Source: Anaerolineae bacterium (GTDB lineage: Bacteria > Chloroflexota > Anaerolineae > VGOG01). From it: 20,633 nt of DNA. Position numbers and translations under genes: made by a program. The stretch covers positions 1 to 20,633 of the forward strand of contig JBAWAP010000138.1 of assembly GCA_049589355.1 (NCBI GenBank). The letters run 5' to 3'. Of this stretch, positions 6,860 through 13,877 are shown piece after piece. The notes beneath the pieces were generated by a model. That model was not told where the DNA came from and did no database searches. It saw nothing but the letters and a program-made list of their open reading frames with translations. The first letter of the stretch is position 1. Each line of letters starts with the position of its first letter.

Positions 6860-9800
6860 TCAGTGCCCTATGCAATGCTGCGTGATGATAAATGACAGCG
6901 GGCTCGATCCATTCGTCAACCTGGATGGGCACACGCCAGCTCTCTTCGGGCTCGCCAGTGTACCGCTTGGCCCAGTCAATCAGGAAGCTGTCTGGGAGAA
7001 TTTGCAGGCGTAGGCTGCCAAAGCCGAGATAGCGGTTGTTGCCCATCTTGTGAGCGAGTCCCGACTCCAGTGCCACACACCACACCAACCTTTGCAGTTC
7101 TTGTTCCTCGAGGTTCCAGAAGCGGATCGTAAAACGGGCGCGCGCACCAGGGAGTATGGCCCTGAAATAACGAGCCTGGAACGTGTCGGGTTGAAAATCA
7201 TCTAGTCGCTTGACGATGGGAGCCAGTGGGGCGTGGGTAAAGAGCCGCCAGGTCTTGCCGACGAGTAACATGGCAGCAGAACTGCCCGGCATGCTTTGCC
7301 ATTGAACTCCGGTGTACTGCCACTCACCGTAGGGATATGGTACTTTGAACCAGGCCAGTTCGGGTTTCTCGAACAGACCAAAGCTGAAAGACAAGCGCCC
7401 CATGATAGCCTGATCTGGACCCGTTCCCACCCAGCCGAACAGGCTATCTGACGGGTTCAAACGGCTAATGTCGGGGCTTGGCTCACGGGAATCGCTGGCA
7501 ATGGAATAGATGTGGCGTAGCATCCCCTTGATGCTCCGGCTGGAGAGCGCATAGACTTTGTTGGAACCTCGGTGGGCGGCCTCAGGAGGGGCCATGGCGA
7601 AGAAGTCCCAGCCATTGACGGGCCCATCGTCCAGGGTGGTTTTGAACGACGGTTCGCCGCTCTCTTGTATGTGAAGGGGGGTCAGGACCTCTGCCTCCAC
7701 GGCCAGCGTGCCACAATAGCCGCCGAAAGCCCGGTGCGAGATAAAGCCGGCACTGGCCCTGGGTGGTGTTGGGGAGACTTCTTGCTCGGGAGCGAGGGGG
7801 TAGATGGTCTGCAAGGCTTTGGTGGCTGCATCGCCCTCAAGGTCCAGTCTCTGCCAAATGCCATCCTGCGTCAGCGTCTGTTTTCCAAACAACTTCTCTC
7901 CCACACCGTCCGGATCCGCCGTTAGCCACGTGAGCTTGGACACATCCGCCTTAACCCAACCGAAACCGCTGGTCTTTTCACCGCCCAAGGGGATGTCGCC
8001 CCTTTGAAAATCCTGGAGCAAATGGGCCATTAGAGAAATCACTTCCAAGTCTTGCTCTTCAATGTCCTGAACATCCAACTGGAGTTGGAATGCAAGTTGA
8101 TCTCCATAGGCAAAGAGATAGTCGTGCTTGGCGGCCTCTATCGGCTGTCCCGTTTTGGGATCCATCTTGACCCCATCCATAGAGCACCATGCGCGTTCCG
8201 GATCCAGCGGGTCTGTGAGATAGGCGTCGGAGAAAAAGATCAGCCCCCGTTGCCCTTGAGTGCCAAAGAGACGGTTCAGCACCTCGGTGGTCTTGAGGGA
8301 CTCACCCCACAGGGTTCCTAGCACCTGCGAGGCGCGTTTTCTGAAAGCTCCTTTGATCGTGCTGCCGGGGATATAGATCTCCCAAGCTCCTTGCTCTTGC
8401 GAGGATGGCGACCACGCTAACATGCGCATGAACATGGTATCGTAGGGCTTGCCATACTTGCGGGATATCTCTCGATTGGACACGCCGCCAGCCCGAAAAT
8501 CAATGTGGTGGGGCTGGGCCAGTTCCTGGCGAGTACGATCACGATGGGCCTTGAGAAAGGCGATGAAGTTCTCGTCGTTGGTGATGCTTTTATTCAGGTT
8601 CCTGGGATGTAATATATGGCGGAATTGCACTCGACGGTGGGCATCAACGAACTCCCTCCATGTTGCAGGACGGATACCCTCTGGAACCAGGTCCGGGGCG
8701 CCCCACTGGTACTCGTCAATCTCGCCCTGGAGCAACATAGTTTTTATTCGTATGTGTTCCTCGCGGGTTGCGATCTCCGCCTCCACCCAGGCGTCGCTCT
8801 GCAGCAACCGGATTTGTTGATCCACCTGTTGGTAGAGGCGGGGGAGGACCTTCTGGCACGCGGGGGCCAGAATCTGTACCAGGGCCGCTTCGCTTTGAAT
8901 CTGCTCGGCGAGACGGTCGGCCAGCGCGACGTCTAGCCCCAGGCCATTGGCAATCTCTAGCCAAGCTTCGTAATTGAGCTGTTCGCTGGCCCGGCGCTGG
9001 CTCACCATAACCTTGAGGATACGTTTAGCCATGTTGGCCTTTTCCCCCAGGGCCTCCCTGAATGCGGCATCGGCCGCTTCTTTGCTGGAGAAAGGCTGCT
9101 CGACCAAAGGTTGAATTTGGGCAAGTACCGTTTTGGAGAGAGCATATTTCCCCTTGCCTAACTTAGCCACGGCTGCAGCCGGCAAAACCCAAACTTCGAC
9201 TTCCCCGATAGATTGCTCCCTCAGCCAAATGGCGATGATTCTCCGAAGATACTCGGCGAACTTTCGCTTCCAATCTTCCGGGCTGAGGATCGGTCCTGCC
9301 AGCCCCAGCGCCAGTCGCTCACGAATGGGGTCTGGCAGATCGCGCATCGTCTCTACCAGCAAGCGGCCCTCAATAGCAGCAAAGGAAGGCACCTCAGGGT
9401 CCACCTTGCCCCAGTTCCAGCCGACCAGAACGGGGTTCGTGGCATTAAAGGTCAAGCCCATCCTCAAATGATTGGCCCCAGGATGCAGGCGGGAAGGTGT
9501 TTCGGGTGCTGAGAACGGAAGGTCCATTTCAAGGCGAATGCGCCCCAATCCTTTGCTCTTGCCAGCCCCGAACCAGAAGCGTCCTTCTTGCAGTTCTCTT
9601 AGGGCGTAGTACAGGTGGGCGGCGTTTTCGCCTTGCTGCAGGAGCGACTCATTTACAGACAAGGTGAGATCGAAAACGGAGTTGCGAAACAACGTTTCCA
9701 TTTTGTAATTGGCGTTCGCTATCGCAGCCCAGCGGTCATCGTCCAACTTTATGCCCATGCGCAAGTCAAAGAAGCGATCCCGAGGATAACTCTCTTCCTG

Positions 9801-10064
9801 CAATTTGCACTCTACCCTAGTAATGAGCCCTTTCGGCATGGTCGAGTCGTATAATCGCAACCACATCCGGTCAAGCAGGCCAATGTTCTCGCCACGGCGC
9901 GATTGGCCGATGAAGGCATCCATCAAGGACTCAGCCGTACCCGCGATTTCCCCCGCCAGAGAGACCAGGCGATGGGTCCCGTCTCCATCTCTTGTGAACA
10001 GGGTCTTGCGTGCATTCCCTCTATAAATCGGGGATTCCGCATAAAGTTTACCTTTCAGAATCAT
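6843..10064 (-). CDS. Single-polypeptide multi-RAMP effector: three Cas7-type (Csm3/Cmr4-like) RAMP domains plus an inserted roughly 300-aa alpha-helical (Cas11-like?) region. A gRAMP / Cas7-11-like protein, but much smaller (1073 aa)
   Basis: Domain 1 (aa about 1-185): LKGKLYAESPIYRGN (compare with Cas7 beta1 'tPLHIGsG') and the G-rich loop FGAGKSKGLGRIRLE (nt 9543-9569). Domain 2 (aa about 515-705): PHHIDFRAGG, IPGSTIKGAFR (nt 8340-8372, the textbook IPGSS.KGalR loop of Csm3/Cmr4), LFG, and the G-rich loop LGGEKTSGFGWVKA (nt 7959-7988). Domain 3 (aa about 785-1030): LTPLHIQESG (nt 7656-7682), ALSSRSIKGMLR (7515-7544), LFGWVG, YLGFGSLRL (7011-7031). AGGAGG RBS 4 nt upstream of the ATG at 10064. 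Confidence 0.8.
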   Translation of the reverse strand: MILKGKLYAESPIYRGNARKTLFTRDGDGTHRLVSLAGEIAGTAESLMDAFIGQSRRGENIGLLDRMWLRLYDSTMPKGLITRVECKLQEESYPRDRFFDLRMGIKLDDDRWAAIANANYKMETLFRNSVFDLTLSVNESLLQQGENAAHLYYALRELQEGRFWFGAGKSKGLGRIRLEMDLPFSAPETPSRLHPGANHLRMGLTFNATNPVLVGWNWGKVDPEVPSFAAIEGRLLVETMRDLPDPIRERLALGLAGPILSPEDWKRKFAEYLRRIIAIWLREQSIGEVEVWVLPAAAVAKLGKGKYALSKTVLAQIQPLVEQPFSSKEAADAAFREALGEKANMAKRILKVMVSQRRASEQLNYEAWLEIANGLGLDVALADRLAEQIQSEAALVQILAPACQKVLPRLYQQVDQQIRLLQSDAWVEAEIATREEHIRIKTMLLQGEIDEYQWGAPDLVPEGIRPATWREFVDAHRRVQFRHILHPRNLNKSITNDENFIAFLKAHRDRTRQELAQPHHIDFRAGGVSNREISRKYGKPYDTMFMRMLAWSPSSQEQGAWEIYIPGSTIKGAFRKRASQVLGTLWGESLKTTEVLNRLFGTQGQRGLIFFSDAYLTDPLDPERAWCSMDGVKMDPKTGQPIEAAKHDYLFAYGDQLAFQLQLDVQDIEEQDLEVISLMAHLLQDFQRGDIPLGGEKTSGFGWVKADVSKLTWLTADPDGVGEKLFGKQTLTQDGIWQRLDLEGDAATKALQTIYPLAPEQEVSPTPPRASAGFISHRAFGGYCGTLAVEAEVLTPLHIQESGEPSFKTTLDDGPVNGWDFFAMAPPEAAHRGSNKVYALSSRSIKGMLRHIYSIASDSREPSPDISRLNPSDSLFGWVGTGPDQAIMGRLSFSFGLFEKPELAWFKVPYPYGEWQYTGVQWQSMPGSSAAMLLVGKTWRLFTHAPLAPIVKRLDDFQPDTFQARYFRAILPGARARFTIRFWNLEEQELQRLVWCVALESGLAHKMGNNRYLGFGSLRLQILPDSFLIDWAKRYTGEPEESWRVPIQVDEWIEPAVIYHHAALHRALNAKRL

Positions 10065-10174
10065 GGCACCCTCCTTTGTTTTGGTCAGGTCGTCTTTGGC
10101 CGGGTGGTCGAGTGGTCAGGTGGTCTGAAAACCGAGGGGCCACTTGACCAGGGACCATCCGACTATCTGACCAT

Positions 10175-10203
10175 ATTGTACATCAAAGTTGGACACCGGT
10201 CAA
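10175..10203 (-). promoter_or_regulatory. Near-consensus sigma70-type promoter for the multi-RAMP operon: TTGACC-17-TACAAT on the minus strand
   Basis: Minus-strand read ...tttgaccggtgtccaactttgatgtacaatatgg... The -35 is at 10198-10203, the -10 at 10175-10180, and the spacer is exactly 17 nt. The predicted TSS is near 10168, leaving a roughly 100-nt leader before the ATG at 10064. Confidence 0.5.
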
Positions 10204-10249
10204 ATCACCACGAAACTCGGACCTTAACTGTACCTGCACACTGGGCAAG

Positions 10250-11311
10250 CTATGGAGATTCGGCTGGCTTTTGCACTCTGCCCCATTGTCCCTCTCCACC
10301 CTTTATGTCAAATCTTATGCCCAGGAACTGCTCTACCACCCAAACATTGGTCAACAAGTGCATGGTGATTTCGCAAGTGGTAAAAGCTGACGGGCCAGGG
10401 GCCAGAGCCATAGGGAGAATCAACTGATCGGCGAGGTGCTTGTCTAAGCAGGCACCGCTCTGGTGATACTCTATGAATTCGCGGCAAGCTTCCTCAGCCA
10501 CCTTCTCGGCAGGCTTGCCGCGCTCTCCCAGAGACGAGAAGCCGGCCACCGCGTGCTCATACTCGGCTGCAAGAAAGACGACGGTACCCTGGCCTGGTGA
10601 GGGAGCATCAACGATCTCGATCTGAGGGTCGAAGCCGCGCTTCCGCAGGCATTCCTCCGCTCGCTTCTTTTGCCTCTGACCAACGTGAGCAGGTAGGTTC
10701 GAGGTAGCGGAGATTCCCCAGAGGCGCTTCAATTCACCCCGTTCGACCAAATCCAGGCCAGATAGATAGCTTTCCTTTCGGCCCCTGATCAAGGCAGTCA
10801 TCTCCCCCCCACCTATCGGGTACCAACCCCACCTCTCGATCTCGGCTCTCGTTTCGACTCCCATGTATGCCAGGGTAGGCAGGTAGACGTGCCTGAGGTA
10901 GTGAAAGGGGGGGCTCCAGGCTACGTGGGTGCCACCACGCATCGTCAGGCGGGATTGGCCGGGAGCGAAAGCCAAGGGCAGCAGCAGGGTCTGGAAGACC
11001 AAGCTGGTTGCGCCAGCGCTGCCGCCTTTGCGGGCCTCGGCTACATCGAAAGAGTATTCCCCAGCCCGAGGTGACGACAGAGGCCTGAAAGTCAGGGTTA
11101 GCGAGCCCAACTCTGCACCCTCTAGCTCAGCATCGCAGATTTGAGCTATCGCCCGAGCCCCTGTGAGGTGTTGGGCCTGTAGACCAGGTTTGCGACGCTT
11201 GGCACGGATGTTCTCAATGCGCAAAGGTTCCCCCAAGAGAGCAGAAAGGGTCAAGGAGGTACGCAAGACCTGGCCACCTCCCTCGCCATAAGAGCCGTTG
11301 ATAACTATCAT
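10250..11311 (-). CDS. rtcA: RNA 3'-terminal phosphate cyclase
   Basis: N-terminal INGSYGEGGGQVLRTSLTLS matches the RtcA signature DG..GEGGGQILR. HLADQLILPMALA aligns with the E. coli RtcA active-site region (YLADQLVLPMALA, catalytic His). 353 aa. No rtcB or rtcR in the window. Confidence 0.9.
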   Translation of the reverse strand: MIVINGSYGEGGGQVLRTSLTLSALLGEPLRIENIRAKRRKPGLQAQHLTGARAIAQICDAELEGAELGSLTLTFRPLSSPRAGEYSFDVAEARKGGSAGATSLVFQTLLLPLAFAPGQSRLTMRGGTHVAWSPPFHYLRHVYLPTLAYMGVETRAEIERWGWYPIGGGEMTALIRGRKESYLSGLDLVERGELKRLWGISATSNLPAHVGQRQKKRAEECLRKRGFDPQIEIVDAPSPGQGTVVFLAAEYEHAVAGFSSLGERGKPAEKVAEEACREFIEYHQSGACLDKHLADQLILPMALAPGPSAFTTCEITMHLLTNVWVVEQFLGIRFDIKGGEGQWGRVQKPAESP

Positions 11312-11344
11312 CGCCCCTCACCTACCAACGTGACAGATGTAAAT

Positions 11345-11372
11345 ACCATATCACATTATCTCCAAAAGTCAA
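11345..11372 (-). promoter_or_regulatory. Candidate sigma70 promoter for rtcA: TTGACT-16-TATGGT (minus strand), divergent from the flp promoter
   Basis: The minus strand reads ggaacTTGACTtttggagataatgtgaTATGGTattt. The -35 is at 11367-11372 and the -10 at 11345-11350. Confidence 0.45.
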
Positions 11373-11391
11373 GTTCCTGCTGTTTCCGTTT

Positions 11392-11420
11392 TTGCACTGA
11401 ACCCTACTATAGTGTATAAT
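11392..11420 (+). promoter_or_regulatory. Strong sigma70-type promoter TTGCAC-17-TATAAT driving flp-comF
   Basis: The -35 ttgcac is at 11392-11397, the -10 tataat at 11415-11420, with a 17-nt spacer, about 40 nt upstream of the Flp pilin GTG. Confidence 0.5.
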
Positions 11421-11460
11421 ATAAGGTGTATCCTTTACCACCTGAAGAGGAGGTCAATAG

Positions 11461-11613
11461 GTGATACCATTCCTATCACGCGAAGAAGGACAGGGGCTTA
11501 TTGAGTATGCCCTGATCATAGTCTTGGTGGCTATAGTCGTAATCGCTATCTTGCTGTTGCTGTGGGACAAGATCTACGAATTATTAAACCAGTTTCTCAC
11601 CTTCATCCGTTGA
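11461..11613 (+). CDS. flp: Flp/Fap family type IVb prepilin (50 aa), unannotated small ORF with GTG start
   Basis: GAGGAGG RBS 8 nt upstream of the GTG at 11461. Translation (M)IPFLSREEGQGLIEYALIIVLVAIVVIAILLLLWDKIYELLNQFLTFIR* has a leader ending in G followed by xxEY and a hydrophobic helix, which is the Flp prepilin signature (G/xxxEYALI). Missing from the ORF track (under 60 aa, GTG start). Confidence 0.7.
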   Translation: MIPFLSREEGQGLIEYALIIVLVAIVVIAILLLLWDKIYELLNQFLTFIR

Positions 11614-11636
11614 CTCGTCGTCTTCGCGCACTCACC

Positions 11637-12389
11637 ATGGGTCCCCAGTTTATAGGCCCGAAAGCTTGGTGGACCAAGGGTAACTTGACCACTGTGGATT
11701 TGGTGCAGGAAATCAAAAGAGGTCTCCTGGATTTGCTGTTCCCTCCTCGCTGCGTAGGCTGTAGAGAGACCGGGAGCTTGCTTTGCGCCAAGTGCCGCGA
11801 TGAGTTCGAGTTAGTTGAACCACCCCTCTGCCCCCACTGTGGTCGCCCCAGGAACAACGATCACCTCTGTCCCCTTTGTCAACGCGACCCTCTGCAAATA
11901 GACGGCGTTCGTTCTGTCGCCTACTTTGATGGGACCTTGCGCGAGGCCATTCACAGCTTCAAGTACTATAACCTTCAGGATCTGGCCATCCCCTTGGGAA
12001 AGTTGATGAGCAATTATTGGGAGAAGAGCCCTCTCCCTGCTGAAATCATTGTCCCCGTGCCCTTGCACATAGACCGGCTGCGCGAGCGTGGCTACAACCA
12101 GGCAGCTCTCCTGGCCAGGGAGTTCGGGAAAAGGATCGGCTTGCCCGTATTGGAGAACAGTTTGATGCGTGTGCGGGCGACTCGTCCCCAAGTAGACTTG
12201 AACGCTCAGGAGCGCAAGGAGAACGTTTGTGATGCTTTCTGCTGCTCAAATATGGAGTTGAAGGAGAAACAAGCCCTGCTGATTGACGATGTCTGCACAA
12301 CCGGAGCCACATTGGAGGCTTGTAGTATCGCCTTGCGGCAAGCGGGTGCTCGCTCCGTCTGGGCCTTCACCTTAGCCAGGGCCAGATGA
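11637..12389 (+). CDS. comF: ComF-family protein (competence protein ComFC-like phosphoribosyltransferase with an N-terminal double zinc ribbon)
   Basis: LLFPPRCVGCRETGSLLCAKCRDEF...CPHCGRPRNNDHLCPLCQ zinc ribbons plus the PRTase motif LLIDDVCTTGATL. Start taken as the ATG at 11637, immediately after the flp stop. The upstream extension to 11562 overlaps flp. Confidence 0.8.
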   Translation: MGPQFIGPKAWWTKGNLTTVDLVQEIKRGLLDLLFPPRCVGCRETGSLLCAKCRDEFELVEPPLCPHCGRPRNNDHLCPLCQRDPLQIDGVRSVAYFDGTLREAIHSFKYYNLQDLAIPLGKLMSNYWEKSPLPAEIIVPVPLHIDRLRERGYNQAALLAREFGKRIGLPVLENSLMRVRATRPQVDLNAQERKENVCDAFCCSNMELKEKQALLIDDVCTTGATLEACSIALRQAGARSVWAFTLARAR

Positions 12390-12417
12390 TGAGCGTGCGC
12401 AGCAAAGCCCGGGGAGT

Positions 12418-12448
12418 ACGAGGGGTGCCCCCTCGTTTCTCTTCTTCC
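12418..12448 (+). terminator. Rho-independent terminator after comF
   Basis: acgagggg-tgc-cccctcgt is an 8-bp GC-rich stem, followed by ttctcttcttcc. Confidence 0.6.
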
Positions 12449-12528
12449 TCATAGGTTGGGGCTTGCACTAACCGCTCCGCAAGCCCGACGATGATAAACA
12501 ATAGCTAACCAAGGAAAGGAGATGTCAA

Positions 12529-13065
12529 ATGCAGTTGATCATCCAAGGCAAGAACATCGAAGTTACCGATCGCTTACGGGAGTACATTGAGAAGAAAGTA
12601 GGCAAGCTGGACCGCTATTTGCCCACCATAACCGAGGCGCGGATGGAACTCTCTGTTGAGAGCGCCAAGAGCGCAAAGGATCGCCAGGTAGCCCAGTTGA
12701 CAGTGCGGAGTAAGGGCACGTTTTTGCGAGCCGAGGAGAGAAGCGCTGACATGTTTACCTCGATAGACGCTATCGTGGACAAGATGTACCGCCAGATCGT
12801 TCGTTACAAGGGCAAACGCTATGGCCGAGGTCGCGGCCCGGGTGAGATACCGCCAGTGGAAGAGTTCGAGGAGGAAGCTCCACCGAACATCGTCAGGACC
12901 AAGCGTTTCCAGGTGGTCCCTATGGATGAAGAGGAGGCCATCGAGCAGATGGAGCTCTTAGGCCACGATTTCTTCGTTTTCTTCAACGTCAACACCGACG
13001 GGATAAACGTCCTTTACCGGCGCAAAGACGGCGATTATGGGCTGCTCGAGCCGGAGCTGGCGTAG
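12529..13065 (+). CDS. hpf: Ribosome hibernation promoting factor (long HPF/RaiA family)
   Basis: MQLIIQGKNIEVTDRLREYIEKKVGKLDRY... sigma54-modulation/HPF N-domain and the C-terminal dimerisation domain typical of long HPF. AAGGAAAGGAG RBS. Confidence 0.9.
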   Translation: MQLIIQGKNIEVTDRLREYIEKKVGKLDRYLPTITEARMELSVESAKSAKDRQVAQLTVRSKGTFLRAEERSADMFTSIDAIVDKMYRQIVRYKGKRYGRGRGPGEIPPVEEFEEEAPPNIVRTKRFQVVPMDEEEAIEQMELLGHDFFVFFNVNTDGINVLYRRKDGDYGLLEPELA

Positions 13066-13075
13066 ACTTAGCCCA

Positions 13076-13104
13076 GGGCTAGGATCGAGGATCCTAGCCC
13101 TTTT
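13076..13104 (+). terminator. Rho-independent terminator after hpf
   Basis: gggctaggatc-gag-gatcctagccc is a perfect 11-bp stem, followed by tttt (13101-13104). Confidence 0.75.
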
Positions 13105-13118
13105 GGGTCGCAACGAAG

Positions 13119-13147
13119 TTGCGGGCATGTACGGGAGATGGTATAAT
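13119..13147 (+). promoter_or_regulatory. Candidate sigma70 promoter TTGCGG-17-TATAAT for the phosphatase gene
   Basis: The -35 is at 13119-13124, the -10 tataat at 13142-13147, with a 17-nt spacer. Confidence 0.45.
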
Positions 13148-13232
13148 AATCCAGCGAAGTTGAGAGTTAGGCCACGCCCGTTGGTTTAGTTTGGAAGTGC
13201 GCCCAAGTTTTGACATCCTGGATGGCCAAGCA

Positions 13233-13694
13233 ATGAAGACCATACTTTTCGTCTGCACGGGTAACGTCTGCCGTTCGCCTATGGCGGTGGGGTTCCTGCG
13301 GGAGGAGCTACGTAAAGCGGGATTAGAGCGGGAGTACAGAGTCCACTCGGCAGGCGTGTGGGGGCTGGAGGGCCAGTCTGCCACACCCTACGCTTGCGAG
13401 GTGATGGCGAAGCGAGGCATTGACATCAGCGACCACCGCAGCCATGACCTCACCCCGGAGGATGTGGACGAGGCTGATCTGATCCTGACCATGGAGCGAG
13501 GGCAGGCCGAGGCCATCAGCGTGGAGTTCCCCCAACATGCTCACAAGGTCCACTTGCTGAGCCAGATGGCTGGGCGGCATTACGATATACACGATCCCTA
13601 TGGTGGCCCTTTGTATGAATACCGCCAATGTGCCAACGAGATCGAAAAGCTTATTGAGGAGGGCTATCCGCGCATCATGCAGTTGGTCGGCTGA
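13233..13694 (+). CDS. Low-molecular-weight protein-tyrosine phosphatase / arsenate-reductase-like (CX5R P-loop)
   Basis: MKTILFVCTGNVCRSPMA contains the C-X5-R(S) P-loop, and a downstream DP motif (DIHDPYGG) carries the general acid. Start taken as the ATG at 13233. Confidence 0.85.
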   Translation: MKTILFVCTGNVCRSPMAVGFLREELRKAGLEREYRVHSAGVWGLEGQSATPYACEVMAKRGIDISDHRSHDLTPEDVDEADLILTMERGQAEAISVEFPQHAHKVHLLSQMAGRHYDIHDPYGGPLYEYRQCANEIEKLIEEGYPRIMQLVG

Positions 13695-13847
13695 ATCGCC
13701 CCTTGCGAAGGGTTGGCAGTAAATTTCGGACCACCGGCGTCTGTGTCCGCCGCAAACTAGCCCCTTGCCAAGGCTATTCGCAACCGTTCGGCTGAGCGCT
13801 CACGGCGAAGCCTTCGCAAGGGTAGCTAAATGACACATTTGAAAGCT

Positions 13848-13877
13848 AAAGGGGAGACCTCCAGTGGTCTCCCCTTT
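13848..13877 (-). terminator. Intrinsic terminator for the HNH gene (perfect 12-bp stem), possibly bidirectional
   Basis: aaaggggagacc-tccagt-ggtctccccttt. On the minus strand it lies 7 nt after the HNH stop and is followed by uuuagcuuucaaaug. Confidence 0.6.

Noticed and set aside
10111-10130. The 10-mer ggtggtctga, shared between the RAMP leader (10112-10121) and the SPFH upstream region (about 18424-18433), with loosely similar flanks (tggtca...ctgaaaa).
   Set aside because: A single exact 10-mer match is expected many times by chance in 20 kb on two strands. Flank similarity is weak. Not enough to call a repeat family.
9903-10427. 174-aa plus-strand ORF spanning the rtcA-effector intergenic region.
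   Set aside because: It overlaps the 3' end of rtcA and the 5' end of the RAMP gene in antisense and crosses the mapped promoter. No RBS. Likely spurious.
11562-11636. Upstream 25 codons of the annotated comF ORF (MGQDLRIIKPVSHLHPLTRRLRALT).
   Set aside because: It overlaps the Flp pilin gene in another frame. ComF homology and spacing favour the ATG at 11637.
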